Positions 1 to 9,184 of a stretch of 64,000 nt of DNA are shown in pieces. The stretch is taken from positions 181,509 to 245,508 of the forward strand of contig CAVWTQ010000010.1 of the NCBI GenBank assembly GCA_963757985.1. Reading direction: 5' to 3'. This stretch comes from an uncultured Alphaproteobacteria bacterium (GTDB lineage: Bacteria; Pseudomonadota; Alphaproteobacteria; Rhizobiales; Beijerinckiaceae). The notes beneath the pieces are model-generated. The model made no database searches. It was not told where the DNA came from and was given only the letters and a program-made list of their open reading frames with translations. Position 1 is the first letter of the stretch. Each line of letters opens with the position of its first letter. The position numbers and the translations under genes were made by a program.

Positions 1-672
1 CAGAAAAACTGGCTCTACGACGTCAATGGGCTCTTCGTAGCGAGCCGCACCGATCTCGCCGATTTCCAGCGACCCTTCGCGCATGACGCGCCCCCGGCGG
101 CATCCTTTCTCGACGCCATCGAGACGATCCGGCCGACCGCGATCATCGGCGTCAGCACGGTGCCGAAACTGTTCAACCAGCCGGTCATCGAGGCGATGGC
201 GCGGATCAACGAGCGGCCGATCATCTTTCCTTATTCGAACCCCACCTCGCGTTCGGAATGCACGGCGGAGGAAGCCTATAAATGGTCGGACGGGCGCGCC
301 ATCTTCGCCAGCGGCAGCCCGTTTCCGCCAGTCGAACTCGGCGGCAAGACCTTCGTCCCCGGCCAGGGCAACAATGTCTACATCTTTCCGGCGATGGGCA
401 TGGCCGCGCTGGCGACGGAGGCGACGCGCATCACGCAGGAGATGTTCATCGTCGCCGCCAAAGCCGTCGCCGAACAGGTGAGCGACGCCGCGCTGGCCAC
501 CGGCCTCATCTACCCGCCGCAACGCAACATGCTCGCCGCATCGCTGCATACCGCATCGCGCGTCGCCGAATATATTTTCGATCATGGCTTCGCCCGCGCC
601 AAACGTCCGGCCGACATCGCCCAGCATCTTGCGAGCCTCGCCTACAAGCCGGTCTATCCGCCTGTCTCCTGA
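1..672 (+). CDS. NAD(P)-dependent malic enzyme, C-terminal part (5' end outside window)
   Basis: Motifs ERPIIFPYSNPTSRSECTAEEAY, FASGSPF, GQGNNVYIFP typical of MaeA-type malic enzymes. Confidence 0.9.
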   Translation, partial: QKNWLYDVNGLFVASRTDLADFQRPFAHDAPPAASFLDAIETIRPTAIIGVSTVPKLFNQPVIEAMARINERPIIFPYSNPTSRSECTAEEAYKWSDGRAIFASGSPFPPVELGGKTFVPGQGNNVYIFPAMGMAALATEATRITQEMFIVAAKAVAEQVSDAALATGLIYPPQRNMLAASLHTASRVAEYIFDHGFARAKRPADIAQHLASLAYKPVYPPVS

Positions 673-1388
673 TCTCCCGCGTCCCGCGCCGGCGTCGTCG
701 CGAGCGCGACAACGGCGAGCGCGGCCGCGGTGGCGCAGAGGGTCGCCGCAAAGCTCGTCCGATGCAGCGCATAGGCGCCGCCCGCCGCGCCGAGGACGAA
801 AGCGATCCACGTCGCGAGAAAGGCCAGCCATTCCACTCGCGGCGCCCTGCCGGTGAGCGCGCGCGCCAGCGACTGGCCGGCGCTAAACAGCGCGCCGGTG
901 ACGAAGGTCTTGCCGACATCGGCGCGCCCGACCTGCTGGCGCAGCACGTTCTGCATGCCCATGGCGACCGTGATGGGCAGCAGGGCGGCAAAGCCGGGCC
1001 GCAGCGCCGTCGATGCGATGGCGGCGCAAACAAGCGCGAATTCGGCCGCCAGCACGAGCGGCAGGCGAAACCGCCCGGCCGCGTCGGCGAGCAGCGTTCC
1101 GGCGAAGGCGCCGAGGAAAAACGACGCGATGACGCCGCCCGCGCGCAGGATCCGCGCGTCGGCGCCGGCCGCGATGGCGAGGCCAAGCTGGGTTGTGTTG
1201 CCGCTCATGAACGACAGATAGAGCTGGCCGACCTCGATGAAGCCGATGGCGTCGACCCAGCCCGCGATCAGGGCGAGAGTGAAGCCGATCGCCAGCCGCT
1301 TCGCTTCGGCGGGGGCGTCGGCGGGACTGGTTTCGGAGGCGCCGGCGTCAGGCCGCATCGGGGCCGCCCGCGCGACATTCGCCCGCAC
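654..1388 (-). CDS. YoaK/DUF1275 family membrane protein
   Basis: AGWVDAIGF...SFMSGNTT and AMGMQN...TFVTG repeated halves; hydrophobic. Confidence 0.85.
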   Translation of the reverse strand: MRANVARAAPMRPDAGASETSPADAPAEAKRLAIGFTLALIAGWVDAIGFIEVGQLYLSFMSGNTTQLGLAIAAGADARILRAGGVIASFFLGAFAGTLLADAAGRFRLPLVLAAEFALVCAAIASTALRPGFAALLPITVAMGMQNVLRQQVGRADVGKTFVTGALFSAGQSLARALTGRAPRVEWLAFLATWIAFVLGAAGGAYALHRTSFAATLCATAAALAVVALATTPARDAGDQETGG

Positions 1389-1472
1389 AAGGCCTGGAGG
1401 CCGCCCGCCTTGAAATCACTAAGATCATGGCGCAACAGGCATCTTGAATGCTTTCAGGCGTCAAGGGGATAA

Positions 1473-1988
1473 ATGACCGTGGACGATGCATATGGGTGGA
1501 ACGCCAACTGGCTCTGGAGCCTGCCGCTGATCGTGCTGAACGTCGTTTTCCACGTCGTCGGCCTCGGCTTCATCAACGCAAGCATCCTCAAGGCGCTGGA
1601 GCGCGTCAAGAGCCGCCGCCATTTCCTTTTCCTGTTTGTGCTGGTGGTCGGCGCGACCACGCTTTCGGCGACCGTGCTCCACGCCCTCGAAGCCGGCGCA
1701 TGGGCCGTCGCCTTCGTCGCCCTCGGCGCCCTGCCCGACCATAAAGCGGCGATGCTCTATTCGCTTAACGCAATGACGACCTACGGCCATGACAACTCCT
1801 ATCTCGCGCCCCATTGGAAGCTGATGGGCGCGCTTGAAGCCCTCAACGGCATGCTGCTGTTTGGCCTCACAACCGCGTTTCTCTACGGCATCATCCAGCG
1901 GGTGTGGCCGGTCGACAGCAGGGAATTGCATGCGCCGCATATGCCATGGCAGCGGCGGGCGAAGGGGCCCGTGACGGTCCCCGATTGA
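1473..1988 (+). CDS. Small two-pore/ion-channel-domain membrane protein
   Basis: TM helices, H..EA..WA, pore-like YSLNAMTTYGHD, EALNGMLLFGLTTAFL. Confidence 0.7.
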   Translation: MTVDDAYGWNANWLWSLPLIVLNVVFHVVGLGFINASILKALERVKSRRHFLFLFVLVVGATTLSATVLHALEAGAWAVAFVALGALPDHKAAMLYSLNAMTTYGHDNSYLAPHWKLMGALEALNGMLLFGLTTAFLYGIIQRVWPVDSRELHAPHMPWQRRAKGPVTVPD

Positions 1989-2056
1989 GGGCGCCGCGTC
2001 AGGATTGGCGCGTGAGATAAGCGCGCCAGCCGCCGAACGCCGCGATGTCCTCGCGG

Positions 2057-2215
2057 AGCATCGCCGTCGGCCTTTTGCTCTAACTGCGCGTTCTGCTATC
2101 GCCTTCCATCGCCGTACTGTCGATGATCCCGCCCTTGGCGCTTTTGCCGATCCTGTTCATCGCGTTCGGGCTCGGTGAGGCTTCCAAGAACGTCCTGATC
2201 ATCATCGGATTGTGA
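2057..2215 (+). pseudogene. Remnant of an ABC transporter permease (SsuC/TauC/NitT type)
   Basis: Reads SIAVGLLL*LRVLLSPSIAVLSMIPPLALLPILFIAFGLGEASKNVLIIIGL*; permease-like PPLALLP..FGLGE.SK, internal stop at 2081, no start. Confidence 0.7.
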
Positions 2216-2525
2216 CGTTTACGCCGGCACGTTCTCTTTAGCCGCCAAAATAATCAGGCTGATAGAATCATGATCAGGCGCCGACGTAAGGGCCCGGCGG
2301 CTCAGAAACATGCGGCTCGGAAACAGGTCGCTCCCAAACAATTCGCGCCCAAACAATTGATGAGGCGAGGAGGGCCTCCGGATTGTTCCCCGGCCGCCGG
2401 CGTTCTACAAGATGCGCGTTTAAAGCGCCTGCGTCAGGAGACCGCCCCGCAAGCGCCAGCGCCGCGCGGGACTTCGTGCGGATTGACGCGCATCCTCAAG
2501 CGGACTGCTCGAAAGGACCTGCCCC

Positions 2526-3480
2526 ATGCGCATTCTCGTCGTCGGCGCCGGCGCGATCGGCGGCTATTTCGGCGCCCGCCTGCTTGAAAGCGGCCGCGAC
2601 GTCACCTTTCTCGTGCGCGCGAAGCGGGCGGCCCAGCTCGCCGCGACCGGGCTCATCGTCAAAAGCCCGCTCGGCGATATCGATCTGCCGCACCCGCCGC
2701 TGATCGAGGCGCAGGACCTGCGCGAGCCCTTCGATCTCATCATCTTGAGCTGCAAGGCCTATGACCTCGACGGCGCGATAAAATCCTTCGCGCCCGCCGT
2801 CGGCCCCAAAACCCTGATCCTGCCGCTCCTCAACGGCATGCGCCATCTCGACGCGCTCGATCAGCGCTTCGGCGCCGGCGCCGTCCTCGGCGGGCTCTGC
2901 GCGATCTCGACGGCTCTCGATGACCAGGGCCGCATCCTGCATTTCAGCGATTTCGCCAATCTCGCCTATGGCGCGCGGGAGAGCGCGCAGGCGGACAAAG
3001 CGGAGGCGCTCGACAAGGTCCTGCTCAACGCCGGATTCGACGCGCGCCGCTCGGGGAAAATCGCGCAGGAGATGTGGGAGAAATGGACCTTCATCGCTTC
3101 GGCCGCCGGCCTCACCTGCCTGATGCGCGCGGCGGTCGGCGACATCGAGGCGGCGGGCGGCGCCGATCTCGCCGTCGCGCTCTATCATGAATGTGCGGAA
3201 ATAGCGGCCGGCGCCGGCTTCGCGCCGCGCGAGGCGGCCCAGAAATTCGCAGGCGCCATGCTGACGACCCCGGGGTCGGAATTCGTCGCCTCCATGCTGC
3301 GCGACATCGAGCGCGGCGGGCCGATCGAGGCGGACCACATCGTCGGCGACCTCCTGCGCCGCCAAGGCGCCAGGACGGAGCCGAGGCTCGATCCTGCGCA
3401 TCGCCTATGTTCATCTCAAAGCCTATGAGGCGCGCCGCGCGCGTGAGGCGGGCGCCGAGGCGGAAAGGAGCGGAGCATGA
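2526..3480 (+). CDS. panE: 2-dehydropantoate 2-reductase (frameshift near 3380)
   Basis: MRILVVGAGAIGG, SCKAYDL, LLNG, MWEKW, SMLRDIE; C-terminus LRIAYVHLKAYEARR in another frame ending TGA 3478-3480. Confidence 0.88.
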
Positions 3481-4367
3481 AAATCGCATTTCTCGGCCTC
3501 GGCGCCATGGGCGCGCGCGATGGCGCGCAATCTCCTCAAAGCGCGGCCATGCGGTGATCGCCTGGAACAGAAGCGAGGCGCCGGCGCGGGCGATTGAAGC
3601 GCTCGGCGCCGCCATCGCGTCAACGCCGGCCGAGGCCGCGCGGCAGAGCCGAGATCGCCATCACCATGCTCGCCGACGATGCGGCGGCGGACGCCGTGAC
3701 CCTTGGCGCGAACGGACTCATCGAAGGGTTGGCGCGTGGGGCCGCCCATGTCTCGATGAGCACCATCTCGGTCGCGCTGTCCGAGCGCTTCGCGGAGGCC
3801 CACGCCGCGCGGGGGCAGGCCTATGCCGCCGCGCCCGTGTTCGGGCGCCCGGAGGCGGCCGCGGCCGCAAAGCTCTTCATCGCGGCGGCGGGCGAGGCCG
3901 CGCTGATCGAGAAAATCCGTCCGGCGCTCGAAGCGATGGGCCAGCGCATTTTCATCATGGGCGACCAGCCGGCGCAGGCCAATCTCGTCAAGCTCACCGG
4001 GAATTTTCTCATCACCTGCGTGATCGAAAGCCTCGCCGAGGCCTTCGCGCTGACCGCCAAGGGCGGCGTCGAGACGGCCAGGGTGCAAGAGCTGCTGACC
4101 GAAACATTATTCGCCGCGCCGGTCTACAAGACCTATGGCGGGCTGATCCTCGAAGATAAATTCTCGCCGCCGGGCTTCAGGCTTCCATTGGGACTCAAGG
4201 ATAATCGCCTGCTGCAGCAGGCCGCGGAAAAGCTCGAAGTCCCGCTGCCCTTCGCGGCGATCGTGCGCGACCGCTTTCTCGCCGCGCTGGCCAATGGCGA
4301 CGGCGGCCTCGACTGGTCGGCATTCGCGCGCCGCGCCAGGGAAGATGCGGGGATCGAGCGGAGCTGA
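3477..4367 (+). CDS. NAD(P)-dependent oxidoreductase, 3-hydroxyisobutyrate dehydrogenase family (frameshifted 5' part)
   Basis: MKIAFLGLGAMG at ATG 3477 overlapping panE stop; APVFGRPEAA, KLTGNFL, LGLKD. Confidence 0.85.
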
Positions 4368-4440
4368 GCGCGCCTGCCGCTACTGCGCGAAGGCACAGGG
4401 TGCCTGTGCTTGAACGAAATAGATAGGCTTGCGCGGTTTC

Positions 4441-4893
4441 CTATGATGAGCGTTTGGCAATTGAAGGCCCCAGAAAGTCCGTAATCCGTTGCGTCAGCCA
4501 CAGTCTTCTTTTAGAAGCCGTTTCGCATTCCCAGACTACCAGAATGTCCCATCCAAGCTTGCGCAAGTCGGCTTCGACGACCGAGTCTCGAACAGCATTA
4601 GCTTCTAGTTTAGGAATCCAGAAGCTCTGTCTCGTCTTCGGCAAGCGACTACGCCAGCACGTAGGGGCGCCATGACGATGCCAGAAGCAACCGTGAATGA
4701 AAATCACCTTGCGGCGCCGGGGGAAAACAAGATCCGGTACGCCCGGCAGGTCTCGGCGGTGCAAACGGAAGCGGTAACCGAGGGAATGAACGAGCCGGCG
4801 AACCACGAATTCCGGTTTGGTGTCCTTACCGCGGACGAGCGCCATCTGAGCGCTGCGGACGGGATCCACGTCATGGAGTCGAGGCGTCCTCAT
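4441..4893 (-). CDS. vsr: Very short patch repair endonuclease Vsr
   Basis: RS.QM..V..KDTKPE, LPG.PDLV, IFIHGCFWHRH, FW..K...N..RD, VWEC. Confidence 0.92.
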   Translation of the reverse strand: MRTPRLHDVDPVRSAQMALVRGKDTKPEFVVRRLVHSLGYRFRLHRRDLPGVPDLVFPRRRKVIFIHGCFWHRHGAPTCWRSRLPKTRQSFWIPKLEANAVRDSVVEADLRKLGWDILVVWECETASKRRLWLTQRITDFLGPSIAKRSS

Positions 4894-5815
4894 CAAAGAT
4901 GTCCTCGGGAGCTACCTCGTCATCAGTCACCGGCGCCTCAGCGGCCATCGGGTCTTGGGTGAAAGCGTCCAAGAACCGCTTGATGATCTCTTCTCGATCC
5001 TGAAATGCAGCGTTTGCCGCGAAATGCGCCGCGATGTCATGTAGGATACGTTCAAGCGACCGTGAGTCCTCTAGTTTTTCAGCCATGGCCCACCTTCGGC
5101 CAGGATGCAGAACATCCCATGGTGATCGGTCGTTGCTACGCCCCTCCGTATCACCGTGCTTACTAATTCCCCAGCAGACATTCGTCTCCCTGTTCCATAG
5201 CGGTTTGAATAGCCCAATCAGGTGACGCTCAGCAAACATTTGCGCGTTAGTCGCTGTAACCAACCGTCGGCACTCGAAGTCCTCGATCCGGAGCGCTGGA
5301 CTCAAATTTTCTTCGATCGCATACAAAGCGACAGTCCGGATCATCTTTCGGTGGTCAGCAAGACGACCATAGAGTTTCTGTCCTTGGTCGCGCGCTGTCT
5401 TCGCGGAGCCGGATGCCGGATCAGCTTTGCCGACATAAATGGGAGTCTCGCTCTTGCTGATCGGTAAATATGCCGGATAATCTCCATTGTAGTAAATGGC
5501 ATATACTCCGGCCCCATATGAACGGGGGACGAGGTCCAGAGGAACCCTGGGCTGCGCTAGCAAAGCGACTGCGACGAGGCGGCCAGCGGTGTCTGGATCG
5601 GCGGGGTCAAACCATCCCGCAGGCTCCTTCACTGGGTCAAGAGACGAGAAAGCTCGATCGACCTCTTTCCGCAGTTCCTGAAGCATCTCCCCAGTGCGTT
5701 TTGAGGCGACCTTGGACAGGGTTGGCGCCAACAATTCGATTTCGCGGATGGCCGCCCTTATTTCCCCTACCAGCTCTAATTGGCGAACTGCCCGCTTCGG
5801 ACTTCTTACCATCAA
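4871..5815 (-). CDS. Eco29kI-family (GIY-YIG) restriction endonuclease
   Basis: GAGVYAIYY, PIYVGKA, LYGRL..H, FECRRL, AE..LI..FKPLWN; located between C5-MTase and vsr. Confidence 0.85.
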   Translation of the reverse strand: MMVRSPKRAVRQLELVGEIRAAIREIELLAPTLSKVASKRTGEMLQELRKEVDRAFSSLDPVKEPAGWFDPADPDTAGRLVAVALLAQPRVPLDLVPRSYGAGVYAIYYNGDYPAYLPISKSETPIYVGKADPASGSAKTARDQGQKLYGRLADHRKMIRTVALYAIEENLSPALRIEDFECRRLVTATNAQMFAERHLIGLFKPLWNRETNVCWGISKHGDTEGRSNDRSPWDVLHPGRRWAMAEKLEDSRSLERILHDIAAHFAANAAFQDREEIIKRFLDAFTQDPMAAEAPVTDDEVAPEDIFDEDASTP

Positions 5816-7026
5816 GCAACCCGCTTCCTTCGAGAAGCGATAGCGGGTCGACTTATCACTCTATCGAGCGCCGTTGCAACTTCCTCCGCCAGCTGAGTTG
5901 GCACAGCGTTGCCGAGCTGTCTCATGTTCTCCGACCAAGATCCGATGAACTCGTAGTCGTCCGGCAGACCTTGTAGGCGTGCCGCCTCGCGAACGGTCAG
6001 GTACCTTATCTTGCCGCCGGAGAGGGCCACAGTGTTCTCGCCACCGGGGACGCCGTGGACCCCGGCTTTCAAAGCCTTCGCGGGCATATCCAAAGGACTT
6101 CCTGTGTGTCCCGGGTATGAGCGCGCGCCTGTCTGGAGAACGTGGTTCGAAAGGCTCCCTCTACCGGGCTCGCCCAGGCCTTGCACCGCATCACGGACTG
6201 TGCGCCAAGGTAGACCCTGTGGAGGGACCATCATATTCCGCAAGCGCTGCACTGCCGCCGCGTCAGCTTTGTCCGGACCGGCGTTTGGCGCGCGCATGCC
6301 ATGACGACTCCAATATTCGCCCGTGATCCACTGGTCCCAAAGAAGTCGCTCGCGGGAATGGGTCGGGAGGAGAATTGGTGGCCACTCATCTAGATCTCGA
6401 TGAACCCCCATGACGACCACGCGGTGGCGTTTTTGCGCCGCTCCGTAATCGGCGGCGTTCACCTGCGTCACACGGACGCGATAGAGACTCTGGCCTGCTT
6501 GCTCAAGGCGGGCGAGATGCTCTTCGCGAGATTCGCTGTCACGACGTGCAATATATGGATGCGCGAGAGCGGCCACGACCCAGCACAGATAGTCGGCAAA
6601 CGCGACTCTGGCGAGCCCCCGAACATTCTCGAAAATGAAACCGCGCGGCTCGATCTCGCGTACGGCCCGAACGGCCTCGGGCCACATGTCTCGGCGATCT
6701 TCATGGCCACGATGTCTGCCGCCAATCGAAAACGGCTGACACGGCGGCCCCCCCGCTACCAAATCGATTCCCGCGTACTGCGTCCAGTCAACGCCGCGGA
6801 CGTCTTCCTGATGGATCGGCCAATTGGCGACATGCTCTAGTCCCCGACCACGGTTGTGCAATACATTTATGACCGAATGCCGATCCCATTCGACCATCCT
6901 GAGGGAGCGAAACCCCGCCCGGGATAGTCCCATCGCCAAGCCGCCGCATCCTGTGAAAAGCTCGACGCTGGATCTCATTGGCAACCCCTTCATTTTCCGA
7001 CCTTGTCTGAATCGCGGAGTTTCCAC
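5812..7026 (-). CDS. DNA (cytosine-5)-methyltransferase (start may be 6993 or 6978)
   Basis: C5-MTase motifs ELFTGCGG, GGPPCQPFS, ENVRGL, Q.R.R, RYLTVREAARLQG, QLGNAVP. Confidence 0.95.
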   Translation of the reverse strand: METPRFRQGRKMKGLPMRSSVELFTGCGGLAMGLSRAGFRSLRMVEWDRHSVINVLHNRGRGLEHVANWPIHQEDVRGVDWTQYAGIDLVAGGPPCQPFSIGGRHRGHEDRRDMWPEAVRAVREIEPRGFIFENVRGLARVAFADYLCWVVAALAHPYIARRDSESREEHLARLEQAGQSLYRVRVTQVNAADYGAAQKRHRVVVMGVHRDLDEWPPILLPTHSRERLLWDQWITGEYWSRHGMRAPNAGPDKADAAAVQRLRNMMVPPQGLPWRTVRDAVQGLGEPGRGSLSNHVLQTGARSYPGHTGSPLDMPAKALKAGVHGVPGGENTVALSGGKIRYLTVREAARLQGLPDDYEFIGSWSENMRQLGNAVPTQLAEEVATALDRVISRPAIASRRKRVA

Positions 7027-7048
7027 AATTCAGCGGGCGCAAAAATCT

Positions 7049-7064
7049 GTTAACGAGTTTTTAA
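7049..7064 (-). promoter_or_regulatory. CtrA-type box TTAA-N7-TTAAC upstream of the MTase
   Basis: Plus strand GTTAA cgagttt TTAA, an exact match to the alphaproteobacterial CtrA consensus. Confidence 0.55.
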
Positions 7065-7092
7065 TCTCACTGACCGGGCCACACGCAATAAT

Positions 7093-7107
7093 GTTCATGT
7101 TTTGTTT
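7093..7107. promoter_or_regulatory. Alphaproteobacterial LexA (SOS)-like box
   Basis: GTTC atgtttt GTTT, one mismatch to GTTC-N7-GTTC. Confidence 0.5.
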
Positions 7108-7137
7108 CAAATGTCCAGGGCCTTTTTGTACATTTAC

Positions 7138-9042
7138 CTAATGCCGGACCGCCGGCAAAAACCGCGGGTCGATGCTCTCATTCGCCTTCAGCATCGGCAG
7201 GATCTTGCTCGCCGGCACCGGCGGGCTGAAATAATAGCCCTGCATCTCGGTGCAGCCCTCGTTGCGCAGCCATTCGAGCTGTTCGCTGGTCTCGACGCCT
7301 TCGGCCGTCGTCGAGATGCCAAGGCTCGTTCCGAGCCCTGTCACCGCGCGAACGATCGCCATGCAGCCGCCGGCGGATAGATCGCTGACAAAGGAACGGT
7401 CGATCTTGAGCTTGTCGAACGGGAAGGCGCGCAGATAGGAGAGGCTCGAATAGCCGGTGCCGAAATCATCCATCGACACGCTGACGCCGAGCGCGCGGAG
7501 GCGATGAAGCATGGCGAGATTGGCCTCGCTCTCGGCGAGCAGGATGGTCTCGGTGATCTCGAGCTCGAGACGCGAGGCGGGCAGGCCGGAGCTGGCGAGC
7601 GCGGTCAGGATCGAATGGGTGAGGTTGCCGGTCCTGAACTGCACCGGGGAGAGATTGACCGCGATCTTGAGATCGCCCGGCCAGCGCGCCGCCTCCGCGC
7701 AGGCCTGGCGCAGCACCCACTCGCCGAGCGGCGCGATGAGGCCGATCTCCTCGGCGAGCGGGATGAATTCGGCCGGCGGCACCATGCCGCGCGCGGGATG
7801 ATGCCAGCGCAGCAGGGCCTCAAAGCCGGTGATCGCGCCCGACTTCAGGGCGACGAGCGGCTGGTAATAAAGCTCGAACTGGCCGGCCGGCAGCGCGCGC
7901 CGCAGATCGATTTCAAGCAGGCGCCGGGCGCGCGCGCGCGCGTCCATCTCCGGCTCGAAGAAGCGGAAGGCGCGCCGCCCCTCCTCCTTGGCGCGGTAGA
8001 GCGCCATGTCGGCGTTCTTCAGCAGAAGGTCCGAGGAAACGCCGTCGCCGGGCGCCATCGCGACGCCGATGCTGGTCGCGATCTCGACGCTGTGGCCGTC
8101 GATGACGAAGGGCCGGCTGACGAGGTCGACGACATAGGAGGCGAGCGCGCCGGCCTCGTCGGGGCCTTTGAGGCCGCCGCGCAGAATGGCGAATTCGTCG
8201 CCGCCGAAGCGCGCGACGACGTCGGTCGGGCGCAGCCCGGCGCGCAGGCGATCAGCGACGGCGCGCAAAAGCGCGTCGCCCGTGGAATGGCCGAGCGTAT
8301 CGATGACCGCCTTGAACTGATCGAGATCGAGATAAAAGACGCCGACGTCTCCCGCAGCAGATTGGCCCTGCGACGGATAAAGGCGCGACAGCGCGGCGTC
8401 GAGGCTCTTGCGGAAGAAGGCGCGGTTCGGCAGATCGGTCAGATCGTCGTGATGCGCCATATGCGCGAGGCGGCGCTCGGCGCGCCGTTTCTCCGTCACG
8501 TCGAGGAAGGTGACGAGCTCGGCCGGACGCTCGCGGAACGTCAGGGCGCGCCAATAGAAGATGACGTCGATCACCGCGCCGTCCGAACGCAGCTGACGTC
8601 CCATGCGCTCCTGCACCGGGCGCGCAGGGGCCTGCTGCGCGCACCGGCGCATGTCGTCCCAATCCTCGCGCGGGGCGACGTCATAAAGGCTCATCCCAAG
8701 CAGGGCCTCGCGCGAATGACCCCAGAGCGACGCCGCCGCGTCGTTGACGGCCAGAAAGCCGTAACTGCGCGGATCGCACAGCGCAGTCGGGATCGGATTG
8801 CCGTCGAAGAGGAGGCGAAAAGAGGCCTCCCTCGCCTTGAGGTCGGTGATCTCGGTCAGCCGCACCGCCACGAGATCGTTAATGGCGCGGCCTGTCATCG
8901 CGCGATCGCTCGCGCCCGGATCGATCTCAAATGGACGCCGCCGGCTTTGCGCCGCCCGCCCGTTGTCCGCCCGTCCGACCTGCGCCCCGCGTCTTTTCGC
9001 CTTCGCCGGCATGCCCGCACTCCACCCACGCTCGCCTCGCAA
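7138..9042 (-). CDS. PAS-GGDEF-EAL diguanylate cyclase/phosphodiesterase (true start uncertain)
   Basis: PAS region, HDDLTDLPNR, RFGGDEF, FEALLRW, DDFGTGYSSL, AEGVET. Confidence 0.92.
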   Translation of the reverse strand: MRGERGWSAGMPAKAKRRGAQVGRADNGRAAQSRRRPFEIDPGASDRAMTGRAINDLVAVRLTEITDLKAREASFRLLFDGNPIPTALCDPRSYGFLAVNDAAASLWGHSREALLGMSLYDVAPREDWDDMRRCAQQAPARPVQERMGRQLRSDGAVIDVIFYWRALTFRERPAELVTFLDVTEKRRAERRLAHMAHHDDLTDLPNRAFFRKSLDAALSRLYPSQGQSAAGDVGVFYLDLDQFKAVIDTLGHSTGDALLRAVADRLRAGLRPTDVVARFGGDEFAILRGGLKGPDEAGALASYVVDLVSRPFVIDGHSVEIATSIGVAMAPGDGVSSDLLLKNADMALYRAKEEGRRAFRFFEPEMDARARARRLLEIDLRRALPAGQFELYYQPLVALKSGAITGFEALLRWHHPARGMVPPAEFIPLAEEIGLIAPLGEWVLRQACAEAARWPGDLKIAVNLSPVQFRTGNLTHSILTALASSGLPASRLELEITETILLAESEANLAMLHRLRALGVSVSMDDFGTGYSSLSYLRAFPFDKLKIDRSFVSDLSAGGCMAIVRAVTGLGTSLGISTTAEGVETSEQLEWLRNEGCTEMQGYYFSPPVPASKILPMLKANESIDPRFLPAVRH

Positions 9043-9184
9043 GAATGGCAGATGAGGCTTGACGTCAGCTGTCGGGAAAGGCTCGAATTTGATTGTTTTC
9101 GAGCCCGAAGATCCGGACCGCTACGGCCGCCGAATTTGAAGCGGGCCTGTTAGCTGATGTTGATCATATAAAATGCTGCGCTGC

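Noticed and set aside
4380-7140. R-M cassette as part of a prophage or integrative element
   Set aside because: No integrase, transposase, tRNA or flanking direct repeats were seen
7504-9153. Long antisense or alternate-frame ORFs (e.g. 7504-9153, 10053-11384, 33168-34757, 58834-60507)
   Set aside because: Shadow ORFs of GC-rich genes that overlap well-supported CDSs
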